DNA of 63,692 nucleotides, the filler included, from Octopus bimaculoides (lineage: Eukaryota): assembly GCF_001194135.2 (NCBI RefSeq). It is 5 parts of 4 records of this genome, joined end to end, with 100 filler letters (N's around TTAATTAATTAA, not from the genome) between each part and the next. Parts side by side here need not be neighbours in the genome. Positions count along the whole stretch, not along the records: positions 1 to 24,467 come from NC_068986.1; 4 more parts are not named here. One strand, given 5' to 3'. Shown here one piece after another: positions 1 through 12,880 of the stretch. Both the position numbers and the translations under genes were made by a program. The notes beneath the pieces were generated by a model. The model was given only the letters and a program-made list of their open reading frames with translations, was not told the origin of the DNA and did no database searches. Numbering within the stretch: position 1 is the first letter of the stretch; the number at the start of each line of letters is the position of its first letter.

Positions 1-19
1 GAGTATAATAATAATTAAT

Positions 20-480
20 AAAAGCACAAGGCCTGAAATTCTGTGGTTGGGGATTAGTCGATTACATCGATCCCAATGTTTCAGTGGTACTTAGTTTATC
101 AACCCCGAAACGATGAAAGACAAAGTTGACCTCGGCAGAATTTGAATTTAGAATGTAAAGATGACCCCTGCATGGCCACAGTCAAATTGACTGAAACAAG
201 TAAAAGAATTAAAAGAATGGATGAAATGCTGCTCAGCATTTTGCTTGGCGTTCTAATGATTCTGCCAGCTCACCTTAATAATAATTGTTTCACTTGTTGC
301 ACAAGGCCAGCAGTTTTAGGGAAGGGCTATAAATGATTACATCAATCTCAGTGGTATTGATTTTATTGACTCAGAAAGGATGAAAAGCAAAGTTGACCTT
401 GGTGAAATTTACACTCAAATTGTAAAGAACTGGAAGAAAAGCTACTAAGCATTTTGTTTCATGTGTTACCAAATCTGCCT
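20..480. mobile_element. Two copies of a common interspersed repeat (gaaaggcaaagttgacctcggcagaatttgaa family)
   Basis: The same core recurs near 19440, 41460, 56870-57220 and 57750; likely a SINE family. Confidence 0.75.
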
Positions 481-719
481 GTTCAACCTGAAGTTAGATT
501 AGGATTAGGATTATCAAACCTGGAACTACATAGCTGTTATGCAAAATTCTTAAGCACATGGCTCTTTCTCATATATATACACAAAACCCTGCTTACGAAG
601 ACCTGTTGAGGCAAGTGAAATCAAAATAGAAAATTGAACCAAATTCATTGACTGGGACATATGCCAACCTTCCTTCATTGGACACTAAACTCAGCTTGCA
701 AAGACCTGTTTGGACAAGT

Positions 720-1127
720 GAGATCGAAACTGAACCAAATTCGATGACTGGCACCCATGCCAGTGGAGCGCTAACAGCACCATCCAAGCGGGATCACTGC
801 CATAGTAGTGGTCTTGCATCCGTGCCAGTGGCACGTAAAAAGCACCATTTGAGCGGGATCGTTTCCAGCTTTGCCTACTGGCACTTGTGCCGGTGGCATG
901 TAAACAAAACATTGGACTGACTCCTGTGCAGGTGGCACATAAAAAAACACCATTTGAGCATGGCTGTTGCCAGCACTGCCGGACTGGCCCTCGTGCCGGT
1001 GGCACGTAAAAAGTACCCACTACACTCTCAGAGTGGTTGGCGTTAGGAAGGGCATCCAGCTGTAGAAACTCTGCCAGATCCATGCTAGCATAGAAAGTGA
1101 ACATTAAATGATGATGATGATGATGAT
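720..1127 (+). mobile_element. Representative RTE-tail non-autonomous retroelement ending gcatggaaagcggacgttaaacgatgatgat
   Basis: (GAT)n tail and ggatgcccttcc motif. Copies near 3940, 32070, 36620-37250, 39330, 42930, 44310, 47690-48050 and 49490. Confidence 0.8.
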
Positions 1128-1342
1128 ATATATGTATGTATGTACTCTGTAGAGGCTTCCTGGTCACTTCTTACCATCTTCTGAGGGTCTTTACCCAATT
1201 TTTGTAAGCTGTTGTCACAGCCTATTTGTGGTCAAGAATTCCTTTATTTTCTGTAGAATATTGACTCATTCAGCACTTCTAAGTTTGTTTACTATAAATA
1301 TATCCTTATAAATTATTGATAAAACCTTGTTTTCTTTTGTAG

Positions 1343-1456
1343 ATGTCATCTGACCTACCTGCGCAGTATATAATGGCATCACATAAAGATTTGTTAGAAC
1401 CTACCTCAGGTGTACCTAAAGCTCCGACTACACAGTTCTCAACAGGAATTAAAATT
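1343..1456 (+). CDS. Gene 1 (unidentified), internal coding exon, MSSDLPAQYIMASHKDLLEPTSGVPKAPTTQFSTGIKI, phase 0-0
   Basis: Polypyrimidine acceptor ttttcttttgtag|ATG and donor ATT|gttagt. The 114-nt open frame joins in frame to the exon at 3193. Confidence 0.75.
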
Positions 1457-1737
1457 GTTAGTTTATTTTCTTACTTTTACATTACATACATATATATGTA
1501 TGCACACACATAAACACTCATTTGCACATGTGAGTGGGCTCACAGCGATAAGGTTATGGGTTCAATTTCTGGTCCTTTCAGTGTATTGTGTCCTTCTCCA
1601 CTCAGCTGAAAGTGAGAACTACTCAGCTGCTGGTACATCTCTCTTTCCCTCCAGCTTCCAAAATTTCTGTTTGCAGCTAAATAGGCACTTAAAACAACTC
1701 ACAAAAGATTGTTACAAGCTTCCAGATCACACATTTG

Positions 1738-1768
<31 letters not shown>

Positions 1769-2628
1769 CAAATGATATATGAGCATATGCATGTATACAT
1801 ACATANNNNNNNNNNCCTACATCTACATGTATATATAGATACATATCCGGGTACAGGATGTCAAAAAAGGAACGGGAACATAAACAAAGCACAAAAACGG
1901 ACTTTTTTTACGGACAACAGAATGAACACATAGGGAAACAGACGAGCCACTTATGGAACTTTTCCTTCATCAGCTGCCTCTATTCTAAACTAGCGTTTCA
2001 TATATATATATACACACAGTTGGGACCAAAAGTTTGGAACATAGGTTTAATTTGCAATATATTATTACTTGGTCAAAAATTTGGAACATAGGTCTGAAAA
2101 TTTTTTTCTTTTTGATATTGAACCACTGAATCAGTTATTAGGTAAGTGTATCTCTATGTTGTATATATTTGAATTGAATCGTACTTTAATGCACAGACAA
2201 ACAGAAAAAGCATATACTGAGTGCATAAATGGACGGAAAACAAAAACAAAAGGTCACTAATTCTTCATCAGTTATCAACCAGATGGTATTACTTAGTTTC
2301 ACACCATTAATGATAAGACATGCTTCCCATGCTGGCAGTTCCCATGAGAGTTGCAAAGAATATTGGACCAAGAACAAACAATACATGGAATGCAGGCGAT
2401 ACAAAAGTAGACATACGAAAGTGAATAAATGTAATTCAAGATGATGGACGAAGGATATATATTGGGTTGGCAAGAAAGTAATTTCGTTTTTCACAAATAG
2501 TTAAATGACTTTAGACAATGTTAGAATTTTTTTCCTTTTGACATTTGATAGTCATTACTTTTAGCTTACTTTAGAAGCAAATTGCATGTAATTTTGTTTA
2601 CAGCTGTTAGCTCAGTGTCAATTTTAAC

Positions 2629-3056
2629 ATGGGAGTGTAAAAATGAACATTTTTGCCATATTTTGTTTTTTTAGTTCCGTAAAGGTAAGAAAGCTGCTGA
2701 GGCTCACAAAAAGATATATGAAGTTTATGGTGTTAATTGCTTAACAGAACACACATCAGAAATGGTTTTAAAAATTCCGATATGGAGAATTTTCACTCAA
2801 AGATGACCCAATGTTCTGGTCGACCTACTGAAATTTGATGACAGAATCAAAGCTATAATTGAATCTGATTGTCATATAACTGTGCGAAAGATTGCAGAGG
2901 GGTTAAATGTATTAAACACAAGAATTGAAAATCACTTAAAATGTCTTGGACTAATTAAGAAGCTTGATATTTGGGTTCTACATAAATTGAAAGAGATTCA
3001 CTTAACACAACAAATCAATATTTGTGATATGCATCTCAAATGCAATGAAATTGCCC
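2629..3056 (+). mobile_element. Degenerate mariner transposase fragment (N-terminal HTH region)
   Basis: Broken frames read FRKGKKAAEAHKKIYEVYG, SGRP, ITVRKIAEGLNV and LDIWVLHKL (WVPH-like), typical of mariner. Confidence 0.85.
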
Positions 3057-3192
3057 TTTTTTCTTTGCCACACTGGATTGGAACTGAGTTTATCATTGAG
3101 AATATTGTCATTGAAGCTAATGATTATGTGATTATTTTGGAGTTAAATTCTTAGATTTATGTCAATGTTGTTGTTCTTTGTTATTACAACAG

Positions 3193-3320
3193 GGCCATCA
3201 CCAAGATAAATATCTACCTATACCAGCAACAGAATCTGCTCCACTTTATCAGTACACACCTCTTCTGATTACAATGCTTGGACCCAAAGTACCAACAGTA
3301 CAAGAATTGCAGTTACATGG
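3193..3320 (+). CDS. Gene 1 penultimate coding exon, GHHQDKYLPIPATESAPLYQYTPLLITMLGPKVPTVQELQLHG, phase 0-2
   Basis: Acceptor caacag|GGC, consensus donor TGG|gtaagt, 128-nt open frame, phases match both neighbours. Confidence 0.85.
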
Positions 3321-4926
3321 GTAAGTAATATGCTAGATCTGAACTTGGATTATTAATATTTTTTTACCTTGATTAAGATTAATATTTTTAATATGAAATA
3401 TTAGCATTTTCAGACAATATTTAGTAATCGCAGTCTTTAATTTCCTCTTGAGAGTTTTTTTTTTTTTCTTAAAAGAAGGAAACTATTTTCCTTGATGTTC
3501 TACATATTGAAACAGCTTTTTAAATTTAATTATTACTGCATCTGAGAGGACACTCTTGTTCACGAAAGTGTCACAGATAAGCATATTTAATGTTCATTTT
3601 GAGTTCATTGTTTAATGTTTCGAAGGGAATTAAAAAAAATTTTTTTTGCCATTTATTTCTTTAGAAATAGACTTTGTCAAAATTCAAATTTTAGCCCTGA
3701 TCTATATGGATGAAAAACTTCCATTATGACATACTATAAGCATGGGAGGTATTAGATATTAATAAAGCATACTTCCAACTGTCTCTGGCACTATAGACTG
3801 CATATAATTGGAAGCCATTTATTTGAGTAATAAATACTCATCAGAACACTTAGGACTCTGGTTCACCAAACATTTACATTTTATTTTATATTTTTTTATC
3901 TCAACTAAATAGTAAAGTTCCTTCCTCATCATTGTCGTTTAACATGCACTTTTCCATGCTTGCATGGGTTAGACAGAATATGTTGAGGCAGATTTTCTAT
4001 GGATGGATGATCTTATTGCCAACCCTCACCTGTTTCCAAGCAAGGTAATATTTCCCCATAACCAGACATATTTTTCATGGAAACAACATCACTTGTATGA
4101 TGGTGGTGCCTACATACAATTATCACTTGATGTCAAGACAAGGGTACACACACGTCATCATCAGCCTGGGCTCTGTGTCTGTTAAGGCATGGTTGCTATG
4201 ACTGGATGCCCTTTGTAACACCAACTGAGTGCTTTTACGCAGCACCTACATGAATGCTTTTACATGGCACTAGCATGGGTGCTTTTTATGTGGCTCCAGC
4301 ACCCATGAGCCTACAAGGTTAGGATTGCTCATCTGAAGAGGTATGTAGGGGATGTCTGTATGCTAGGACAACTATGATAAGAAACTATTCTAAGAGTGCG
4401 TCCTGCCTTATCTTCAAAACTCCTAGTTTAGAATAGAGGCAGCTGATGAAGGAATAATTCCACAAGTGGCTTGTTTGTTCTCCTATGTGTTCGTTCCGTT
4501 GTCTGTAGTTCATTTTTCTAACGTCTCGTACCCGAATATGCATCTATATGCACATGTAGATGTAGGTATGTACATATATGTGTGTATACATGCATATGCT
4601 TATATATCCTTTGTATTATGATTTTACTTAGCTTGATGTAAGCTTTCTCAGTTTCCGTCTACCAAATCCACTGACAAAGCTCTAGTTGGCTGGTGGGTGT
4701 AGTAGAAGAGAACTTGTCCAAGGTGCTTTGCAGTGGTACTGAGCCCGAGATGCAAGCTTCTTAATTTCAGAGCTACACCTGCACCTTAGTAAAGCTGGAA
4801 AAAAATACCTTCAATTCAAGGCAAATGGAAATAATTTCTTTAGATTCCTACAGACTTAGAAATTTAGGCTATAATTAATTATGTGAGGAATTATGTATAA
4901 TGATTTCTTTGGATTTTGTTGAACAG

Positions 4927-5038
4927 GTACCTTAAAAATATTCGGTCAGCAACAGCAATGGAACTTGCTGGAGGATTCCATGATACTGTTGGCTGCAAGA
5001 GAGCATTGGAAGATGCATTTTGTGGACTTTATTTCTAA
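4927..5038 (+). CDS. Gene 1 last coding exon, (G)YLKNIRSATAMELAGGFHDTVGCKRALEDAFCGLYF*
   Basis: Acceptor ttttgttgaacag|G completes the phase-2 GG|G codon and the frame ends at TAA 5036-5038. Confidence 0.85.
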
Positions 5039-5092
5039 TGCAAACTTTCATCATTCAATTTACTTGTCTTTTATTCATTTTTTTTTTGTTAT

Positions 5093-5098
5093 AATAAA
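5093..5098 (+). terminator. Candidate polyadenylation signal (AATAAA) of gene 1
   Basis: AATAAA about 55 nt after the stop codon, followed by T-rich sequence. Confidence 0.45.
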
Positions 5099-6139
5099 AA
5101 CAAATTATTTTCTGATCATAAATTAGTGCTCTTTCTAATTACTCATTTAGACTTGATCCATTCCATGTTTACCCTGAGGTATCATATCATTTCTTCTCTA
5201 TTTATTATTACTACTAAACACAAAAGGTTTCTCCCTAATCTTGCCTTTCAAAAATATTTCTCAGGCGTAGAAATGACATTATTCACTAATTAATTATTTG
5301 TTTTAAGGATTCACCAATTTTGTTTTCTTGATTTCATTCTAATGTCTGCAGTGAGTGTTGTAATCCACTGGATTGAAATAGCAGTCAAATCACCCTTAAA
5401 TCACATACATTAATATTTGTAGTTCTACATATCCCTAAAAAGATGGAATGGTTATTGATCGTGAGTCTATTTGATCAGATATGACCTGGGTTGAAACAGT
5501 GTGTATTATGGGAAAATCAGCTTCATCAGTGCCCATCTCACCAAACTACTCCAACAAAAAAAGGTTGGACTTTATATTGCTAATTTTACAGTGTTGCTGC
5601 TATTTGAAAAGGTAAAAGTTATTTAGCTTCAGCTACTTGGAAAGGGCCAACTGTCTTGATCCTGAACAAAAACTACTCTTTATTGAAAACTTAGTGAATG
5701 CAATTGAAATAACATTTAATATATATAGAGAGAGAGAGAGCGAGCGGCATATGTACACTTTGTCTCTTATATGTAAGTACACATTTTTCTAAATCTTGTA
5801 TGACTCTATTTCTGTCTATCAGCCCCTTCACCCTTATTCGTTCCCCCTCGCTCACATTTCCTTGCCTTCTCTTCTCCCTCCACTTTTCACTTTACTGTGT
5901 CCCTGTCATTTTTTCTCACTACCTCTCTCTCTTCTCTCCCCATGTGACCGGTGTTCNNNNNNNNNNNNNNNNNNNNNNNNNNNNNNNNNNNNNNNNNNNN
6001 NNNNNNNNNNNNNNNNNNNNNNNNNNNNNNNNNNNNNNNNNNNNNNNNNNNNNNNNNNNNNNNNNNNNNNNNNNNNNNNNNNNNNNNNNNNNNNCCATAT
6101 ACGCCAGCTTTAATTTTATTTGTCCTTAGTCAAAAGACA

Positions 6140-6440
6140 TCTGTATTTGTGTAACATTGTTCGTTTTTTTTCCGTCCTTGTTTTTGTATATATTCGCTGC
6201 TTTCTTCCAAGGAATCTAATGTTCTTAGCTTAGTTTTTCCCTGGGGCTGGCCAGATTGGAGAAATATCGAGAATAACCAGCCGAAATTGCAAAGATAATC
6301 TGGATCTCGACTGAAGAGAGAAAACCCCGAATGACATGTCTGTGTTTTCTTTGTATCGTCTATCTGTATGTTTTGTCCCTTTCTTGTATCACTTGTCTGG
6401 ATGTTTTGCGTTCTTGTCCCATTCTGCATTATCTATATAT
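6140..6440 (+). mobile_element. Probable Penelope-like terminal fragment with decayed hammerhead core
   Basis: CTGAAGA at 6311 followed by GAAT in place of GAAA, ending in a (TA)n tract. Confidence 0.35.
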
Positions 6441-7784
6441 ATATATATATCATACTAAATGTTTTTAAACTGTTGAAAGGCAGGATGCTGTATTCTTTGT
6501 TGGAGAGGAAATGTTTTCTATATATATCAAAGATTGAATTTCATCTAGATACGTGATCAGTGCATGGCATTGGCAAACACCATGTAGGGCAAAACACTTG
6601 TTTTCTTGTGAGGCACTGCTGTAACTGTATTTGTTTCATTCTAACACACATCTATGAAGAGATTTCCTCTCAGCCAAAAATCATACCTTCCAATGGAGAA
6701 TATACATTTAGTATGATACACAGATGGCAATTTTGATTTAATGCTGTTTCAGTTGCATTCCCTGAGCTTTCTATAATATTCAGTGAATGCATTATTCGCT
6801 GTTTCCTATATATCGAAGTATAAATTTCATCTAACAAGCTGGTGCACAGCAGTAGGGCAAAATTCATGTCATTCTCATGAGTCACTGTTGTGACGATTTT
6901 TGCCTCACTCTGAGGTGAACATGTTTTCAATATGTCTATGAAGAGATTTTCTCTCAGAAATAAACTGCAGCATCATGGCAACTACTCTGTTATTTAGTTT
7001 CAGTTACTTAGACAGGGCCAATTGTCTTGACTATGGCCAGACACTATGCAGTACCACTGAGAGAATATAAATTGCCAATCTCTTGGCTTTTGTCCACTAC
7101 CTCATTCACTGACATTTTCATTCAGATTAGCTCTGACAGACTAAAGTTTCAAAATGCACATAATGCACAATTCCATTAAGGAAAAAAAAGATGTGAACAG
7201 TTGTCACATACAATCCATTTACCCAACAAAACTTGGCATTTTGCCTCACAGTTCTTGGAGCTGGTTTACCAGAAATAAGATCTTTTTCACAGGCAAACCA
7301 AAACTTTGTTATGACTGTCCTTATCCATTATCTCCTATTTTATGCTGTTCCTGACTTGTTATACTCTCATTTCTAAATTAATACATGACATGCTGGTTGA
7401 TTAAGAGATGTGCATCAAAGAAGACTTAGAAAATAATATAAAAGATTCAAGTTCAGATTAAAATGTTGAGCCTGAAAAATTAGATAATGCAAGAATGAGG
7501 TCATAGAAATATTATATTACAGAACCATTCTATCAATTACAGCACAGAGAAACAGATATAATAATGAAGATATAACTTAAAATTTTTAAGATGATACAAA
7601 CAGAGGCTCTTTGCCAAATGTTACTGTGAGTAGTAAGATTGCTGTAAACTGAAGGTGAGTCTCACAAGGTGTTATTTTTGTGTTGGAAAAAAGTATTTAT
7701 CAGTTTTGTCACCTCAAACAGAATTATTTCCAGTGATTTTCTATAAAAACTTTTAAGGCACAATGCAGTTTATATATATATATA

Positions 7785-7790
7785 TTTATT
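7785..7790 (-). terminator. Candidate polyadenylation signal AATAAA just after the RPUSD4-like stop codon
   Basis: tttatt on the + strand, 5 nt beyond the stop; may be coincidental in AT-rich DNA. Confidence 0.3.
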
Positions 7791-7795
7791 AATTT

Positions 7796-7987
7796 TTACT
7801 TGTCTGCTTTAAGCTTTAAACTCTTCATGTTCTTGCGGAAATGGTATGGTAAATCAGCTTTTATGAACAGGTTTTTACCATCAAGTAGTTGAGGGAGAAT
7901 TATAATTTTTGAATGGAGATGCATTGGTATGTAACGTACTTTACTTTGTCGAACATTTAAGCGCTGTAATATTTCTGGAAACAAACG
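7796..7987 (-). CDS. RPUSD4: RPUSD4-like exon 9 (terminal), RLFPEILQRLNVRQSKVRYIPMHLHSK...LKADK*
   Basis: Acceptor tctttttcag|CGT, SKxRYIPxHLH motif, TAA at 7798-7796. The nine exons sum to 1881 nt (626 aa + stop). Confidence 0.95.
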   Translation of the reverse strand, partial: RLFPEILQRLNVRQSKVRYIPMHLHSKIIILPQLLDGKNLFIKADLPYHFRKNMKSLKLKADK

Positions 7988-8115
7988 CTGAAAAAGACCA
8001 AAATAACATTATTAGTTAGAATGTGAAATCTTGGTTGGTCTTGATGATAAATTAAATACTTGAACACTTCACAAAAATTTCGTCAGCACTCTTAATTCAA
8101 TGTTAATTCAGAGAT

Positions 8116-8490
8116 GTGGAGGCGCAATGGCCCAGTGGTTAGGGCAGCAGACTTGCGGTCATAGGATCATGGTTTCGATTCCCAGACCGGGCATTGTGAG
8201 TGCTTATTGAGCGAAAACACCTAAAGCTCCACGAGGCTCCGACAGGGAATGGTGGCGAACCCTGCTGTACTCTTTCACCACAACTTTCTCTCACTCTTAC
8301 TTACTGATTCTGTTGTGCCTGTAATTCAAAGGGTCAGCCTTGTTACACTTTGTCATGCTGAATATCCTCGAGAACTATGTTATGGGTACACGTGTCTGTG
8401 GATTGCTCAGCCACTTGCACATTAATTTCACGAGCAGGCTGTTCCATTGATCGGGTCAACTGGAACCCTTGATGACGGAGTGCCAACAAC
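8116..8490 (+). mobile_element. tRNA-derived SINE with an 11-bp TSD
   Basis: A-box-like tggcccagtgg, B-box-like ggtttcgattcc, (aac)n tail. aattcagagat flanks both sides (8105-8115, 8491-8501). A related copy lies near 49840-50160. Confidence 0.9.
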
Positions 8491-9362
8491 AATTCAGAGA
8501 TATCATAATCTTTTACATCCATACTAGCAAAAGTTGGATCAGACTAATCAAGGCTGTTTTCAACAGCCAGATTCTCTTCCTGATGACAAATTTCTTTCAA
8601 TGGTTTTCACAAGTTATGAGATGTATTGTTTACAGGACACATACATAAAGTCTCATTGTTTTTACTCAAATGAGGACAAAGTGAACACATGGAAACAAGC
8701 ATGGATGGATGGAATATATTTAGGCAAATTTTCTACAGCTGGATGCCCTTCCTGTTGCCAACACTCACCTCTTTTCAAGCGAGATAATATTTCTGCAAGA
8801 ACATGACTAGATATGTTCTTACAAGATACTTGTAATGAATGGTATGGCTTGTATAACTGGGACAATGATTTACAACTATCACAAGACAATAGTTGGGAAG
8901 CAAATTTCTCAACCACAAAGCTATATCTGATGATATTCCATACAGTTTCCATCTATCAAATTTCACACACAATATACTGGTTGGTCTGATGCCTGTCCAA
9001 GGTAACACAGAGGGATTGATACTAAAACCACTTGGTGGTGAAAGAAATCTTACAACCACACCACCATCCCTATACTTTAGTATAAGCTATGGAAACTGAA
9101 AAGGTCAATTTAATATGTTGTTTCCTTGCACTTGTGAAAAAAAATGAACATTTTCTATACTGCACTAAAACTGGGAATTATTTTTACCAGTCAGCCACAT
9201 GAACTTTTCTTCAATCATTTATTGGTTCAAGATCTTAAATGTTTTCAGCAATATTTCATTCACAAAAGATCACTATGAATTATCAAGTCATACTTTTATG
9301 TGCTTGACCTTTTCTTAGTCTAATATGACAGACAAATTTACAGAAACACAAAGATTATTTAC

Positions 9363-9460
9363 CTGAGGAGCAAGTTTGTTAATATGTGAATATTTGTGGT
9401 CTCCAATAATAGGTGTGTTAAGACCAAATGCTAAATGAACTCGAACTTGATGCTTGACAC
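9363..9460 (-). CDS. RPUSD4: RPUSD4-like exon 8, GVKHQVRVHLAFGLNTPIIGDHKYSHINKLAPQ, phase 1-0
   Basis: Acceptor tttttcag|GT, donor CAG|gtaaat. GxxHQxRVH and PIxGDxKY motifs, closely resembling vertebrate RPUSD4 as recalled. Confidence 0.97.
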
Positions 9461-10203
9461 CTGAAAAAGAATCAGTTTTAAAGTTGCTATTAAAAAGAAA
9501 GAAAAAAACTATTAAAAAACAGTGCCATATTTTCCACATACAAGCTGAATTTTATAGACCAGAATTTACACTTGAAAAAGGTAAGCTGATTTTAGAGGAA
9601 CAAAATTTCCATGTGAAATGCAGGAAGATTTGGAAAGATAGTGATGATGTTTGAATGTTTACATGTGTTTATACAATGTATTGAGTTGACTTGTATGTCA
9701 GAAAATATGGTAAACTGTTTTCTACCAGTAATGGGGAGTGGGGGCGATACATGTAAATTTGATATAATACTCCAAGTTAATAAGTTTGTCTTCAATAAAA
9801 AATAAAGTTAACATTTTAAAACACTGTATTAATATACACAATTCTCGTGTTAAAACATATTCCCTGTCTAAGTATTTTTCTTTAAAGTCAAATTTCTATG
9901 AAGCTAGCAATAAAAATTATGGCTTCAGACAGCTATAGACTCACATTGTTAACACAGGGAAGCAAAATTTGTAAACATTAAAAAAAAAAAAAAAAAAATC
10001 AACCTTACTCTTTTACTTGTTTCAGTCAGGTGACTGTGGCCATGCTGGAGCACCGCCTTTAGTCGAGCAAATCGACCCCAGGACTTATTCTTTGTAAACC
10101 TAGTACTTATTCTATCGGTCTCTTTTGCCGAACTGCTAAGTTACGGGGACATAAACACACCAGCATCGGTTGTCAAGCAATATTGGGGGGACAAACATAT
10201 ACG

Positions 10204-10243
<40 letters not shown>

Positions 10244-10670
10244 TACATATACATGATGGGCTTCTTTCAGTTTCTGTCAACCAAATCCACTCACAAGGCT
10301 TCAGTTGGCCCGAGGCTGTATTAGAAGACACTTGCCCAAGGTGCCACGCAGTGGGAATGAACCCGGAACCTTACGAAATTAGTTTTAATGACAGCAACAA
10401 GGACTAATGTAAAAACATTAGTTTCTTCTGACTGGCATAAATGCCTCAAGTTTTATAGAAGTAGAGAAGTGAGATGTGGCATTCAAGTATTTTGTATCAT
10501 AAGATTTAAGACCAGCAACTGATCCTTGGTTACCTTAAGTGGAAGCCACTCTCTTACAAGCATGCAGACCAAATATCTAGTCTTTCCCTTGGTCTTGAAA
10601 ATATACAAAGGTACTACACTTATTCTTCTAAATCACATAAAAGAGAATTTAACCAGGAATTGAACAGTGC

Positions 10671-11054
10671 GGCTATCCTTCGTTTTAATTATAATTCTTG
10701 TCAACTGAAGCACATGCTTTTGTTTACATCTAATCGGCCTTTTCCGTAAAGGAGGGATGGGAAATGACTGGGGAAGACGGTACGGTGAGCCTTTTCTGCT
10801 TTGCATAACCATTGACTAAAGAGGAAGTTTCATAGATACAGAAGAAAGCGATGGTCGGTGACCGATAGACAAAGAGAGAGAAAGTTTCATAGATACAGAA
10901 TATATTTTTAACAAGTTATGCAAAGCAGAAAAGGCTCACCGTACCGTCTTAACCCAGTCATTTCCCATCCCTCCTTTACAGAAAAGGCCGATTAGATGTA
11001 AACAAAAGCATGTGCTTCAGTTGACAAGAATTATAATTAAAATGAAGGATAGCT
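10671..11054. mobile_element. MULE/Foldback-like MITE with about 138-bp TIRs and a 9-10-bp target-site duplication
   Basis: Arms 10672-10809 and 10915-11053 are near-perfect inverted repeats. (t)gaacagtgc is directly repeated at 10661-10670 and 11054-11063. Confidence 0.88.
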
Positions 11055-11168
11055 GAACAGTGCTTTTTGAGCTCCATTTGTTGAGATGCTACATCACTTG
11101 CATTTACAGCCTTATGAAAATATATTAAAATAAGGAGAAACTGCATCAAACAATTCAAAGAGAATTAC

Positions 11169-11310
11169 CAGTCTTTGGTTGGCATTCCACTAAAGCACTT
11201 TCATATGATTTACACAATACTTTGTAGCGAGTAACAGCTTCAAATCGTTTCACTGAACTTTTCTTCATTACCAATCGAGTTTCTTCAGTGTAGTCAGGTT
11301 TCAGAACCAT
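11169..11310 (-). CDS. RPUSD4: RPUSD4-like exon 7, MVLKPDY...EAVTRYKVLCKSYESALVECQPKTG, phase 0-1
   Basis: Acceptor ccctctaag|ATG, donor CTG|gtaatt. AxTxYxV and the start of motif III. Confidence 0.95.
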
Positions 11311-11668
11311 CTTAGAGGGAACAGTAAAAAAAAAAAACATTGGTGCAGAATAAAGGTATTTTATACACATCGTTTATAGCCAGCAGAACAAAATAAAGCT
11401 GGTAAGTGTTTAATGAATAGGACAAGCAACATACTTGATTATTTAAGATTTAATGAAGTATTTCTATTATGTTGAGTATAGTTTCAGAGTAGAAAGCAGC
11501 TATTAAAGTAAGTTATTGACTATGTGAGAAGGCTTTAGTATCCTAATATAATTGCATAGAGGAATTTGATGTAGGTAAGCATATATGTATGTTTTATATG
11601 TGTGTATATCATCATCATCGTCATCATTTAATATCCGCTTTCCATGCTGGCATGGGTTGGACCATATT

Positions 11669-12880
11669 TATTAGGCCATCCCATAAACAATGTGGTCTTT
11701 TTTATTGCATGAACTAGAAGTCAGAGAGGGATGGGATAAACTAACTGCATCAACTTGCTATAAAAGCAGATAGTAATTTCACCTTGTCCTTATTCTTAGT
11801 GCAAGTTTTGAAGAGTGTAGCTCGATTTTAAGCTATTTTTTCAAAGTTATAATGGAAGTGACAAAGGAGCATATTCAGCATATTTTGCTGAATGAGTTCA
11901 ATAAAGGCAACAATGCAACAGAAAGTGCGAGGAATATCAATGCAGTATATGGAGATCAGAGAATAAGCGTAAGCCAGTGTCAACAGTGGTTCCAGAAACC
12001 CGAGCGACAAACTACAGTGTATAAGATAAACCTCATCCTAGAAGATCTGTAGAGCTCAACAAGGATGTCCTGCAAACCCTGGTGGAACAAAATTCCATCA
12101 TAACTGTTGAGGAACTAGAAGAGAATCTTGGATTTGGTCAGTCAACCATTCATTGACACCTGCGTGCCATCGGAAAAGTCAGCAAATTGGATCAATGGGT
12201 TTCTCACAAACTTCCTGAGTCTAATTGCACACAGAGAGTGAATGTGTGCCTTTCTTTTCTGTCACATCTCACAAATGAACCTTTTTTGGACCGAATAGTG
12301 AATAGTGACGACAAATGGGTTCTCTATAAAAATGTCAAGCACTGGAGACAGTGGGTAGGGAAAGGAGGAACACCGGCACCCCAGGCTAAAGAAGGTCTTC
12401 ACCCACGTAAAGTGTTGTTATCTGTTTGGTGGGATATGAAAAGTTTAGTCCATTTTGAACTTTTGAACCCAAACCAAACGATAACAAAGGAGATCTACTG
12501 TGAGCAGCTTGAGTGGCTTAAGTCAGTGCTAGAAGAAAAACGACCATCTTTGGTTTCAAGATGAAAGGTGTTCTTTCACGAGGATAATGCTCAGCCACAT
12601 ACAGCAAGGATGACATCCCAAAGGCTGGAGCAGTTTGAATGGGAAATGACGTCCCACCTACCATATTCGCTGGACATTGCCCCATCTGATTTTCATTTAT
12701 TCTACAGTCTTCAAAATCATTTGAACAGAAAAAATATGAATTCTGTAGATGAGGTCAGAACAGTACTGGAGGAGTATTTTTCATTACAGACAAGTGAATT
12801 TCAGAAGAGGGGACTTGCAAGTCTACCAGATAGATAGATAGAAGAGCATTGTAGAAAATGAAGGAGAGTATATTTTAGAT
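11669..12880 (+). mobile_element. Near-full-length defective mariner (D,D34D) in RPUSD4 intron 6, antisense to the gene
   Basis: ATG 11852 (MEVTKEHIQHILL), DDKWVLY, FHEDNAQPH, then exactly 34 residues to APSDFHLF. Frameshifts and stops are present. 5' TIR-like tattaggccatccc; no 3' TIR seen. Confidence 0.93.

Noticed and set aside
8116-8200. tRNA gene
   Set aside because: It is only the tRNA-like head of a SINE with body, (aac)n tail and TSD; no complete cloverleaf.
11852-12837. Domesticated or active mariner transposase
   Set aside because: Multiple frameshifts and stops, decayed motifs (YSLD for YSPD) and no 3' TIR.
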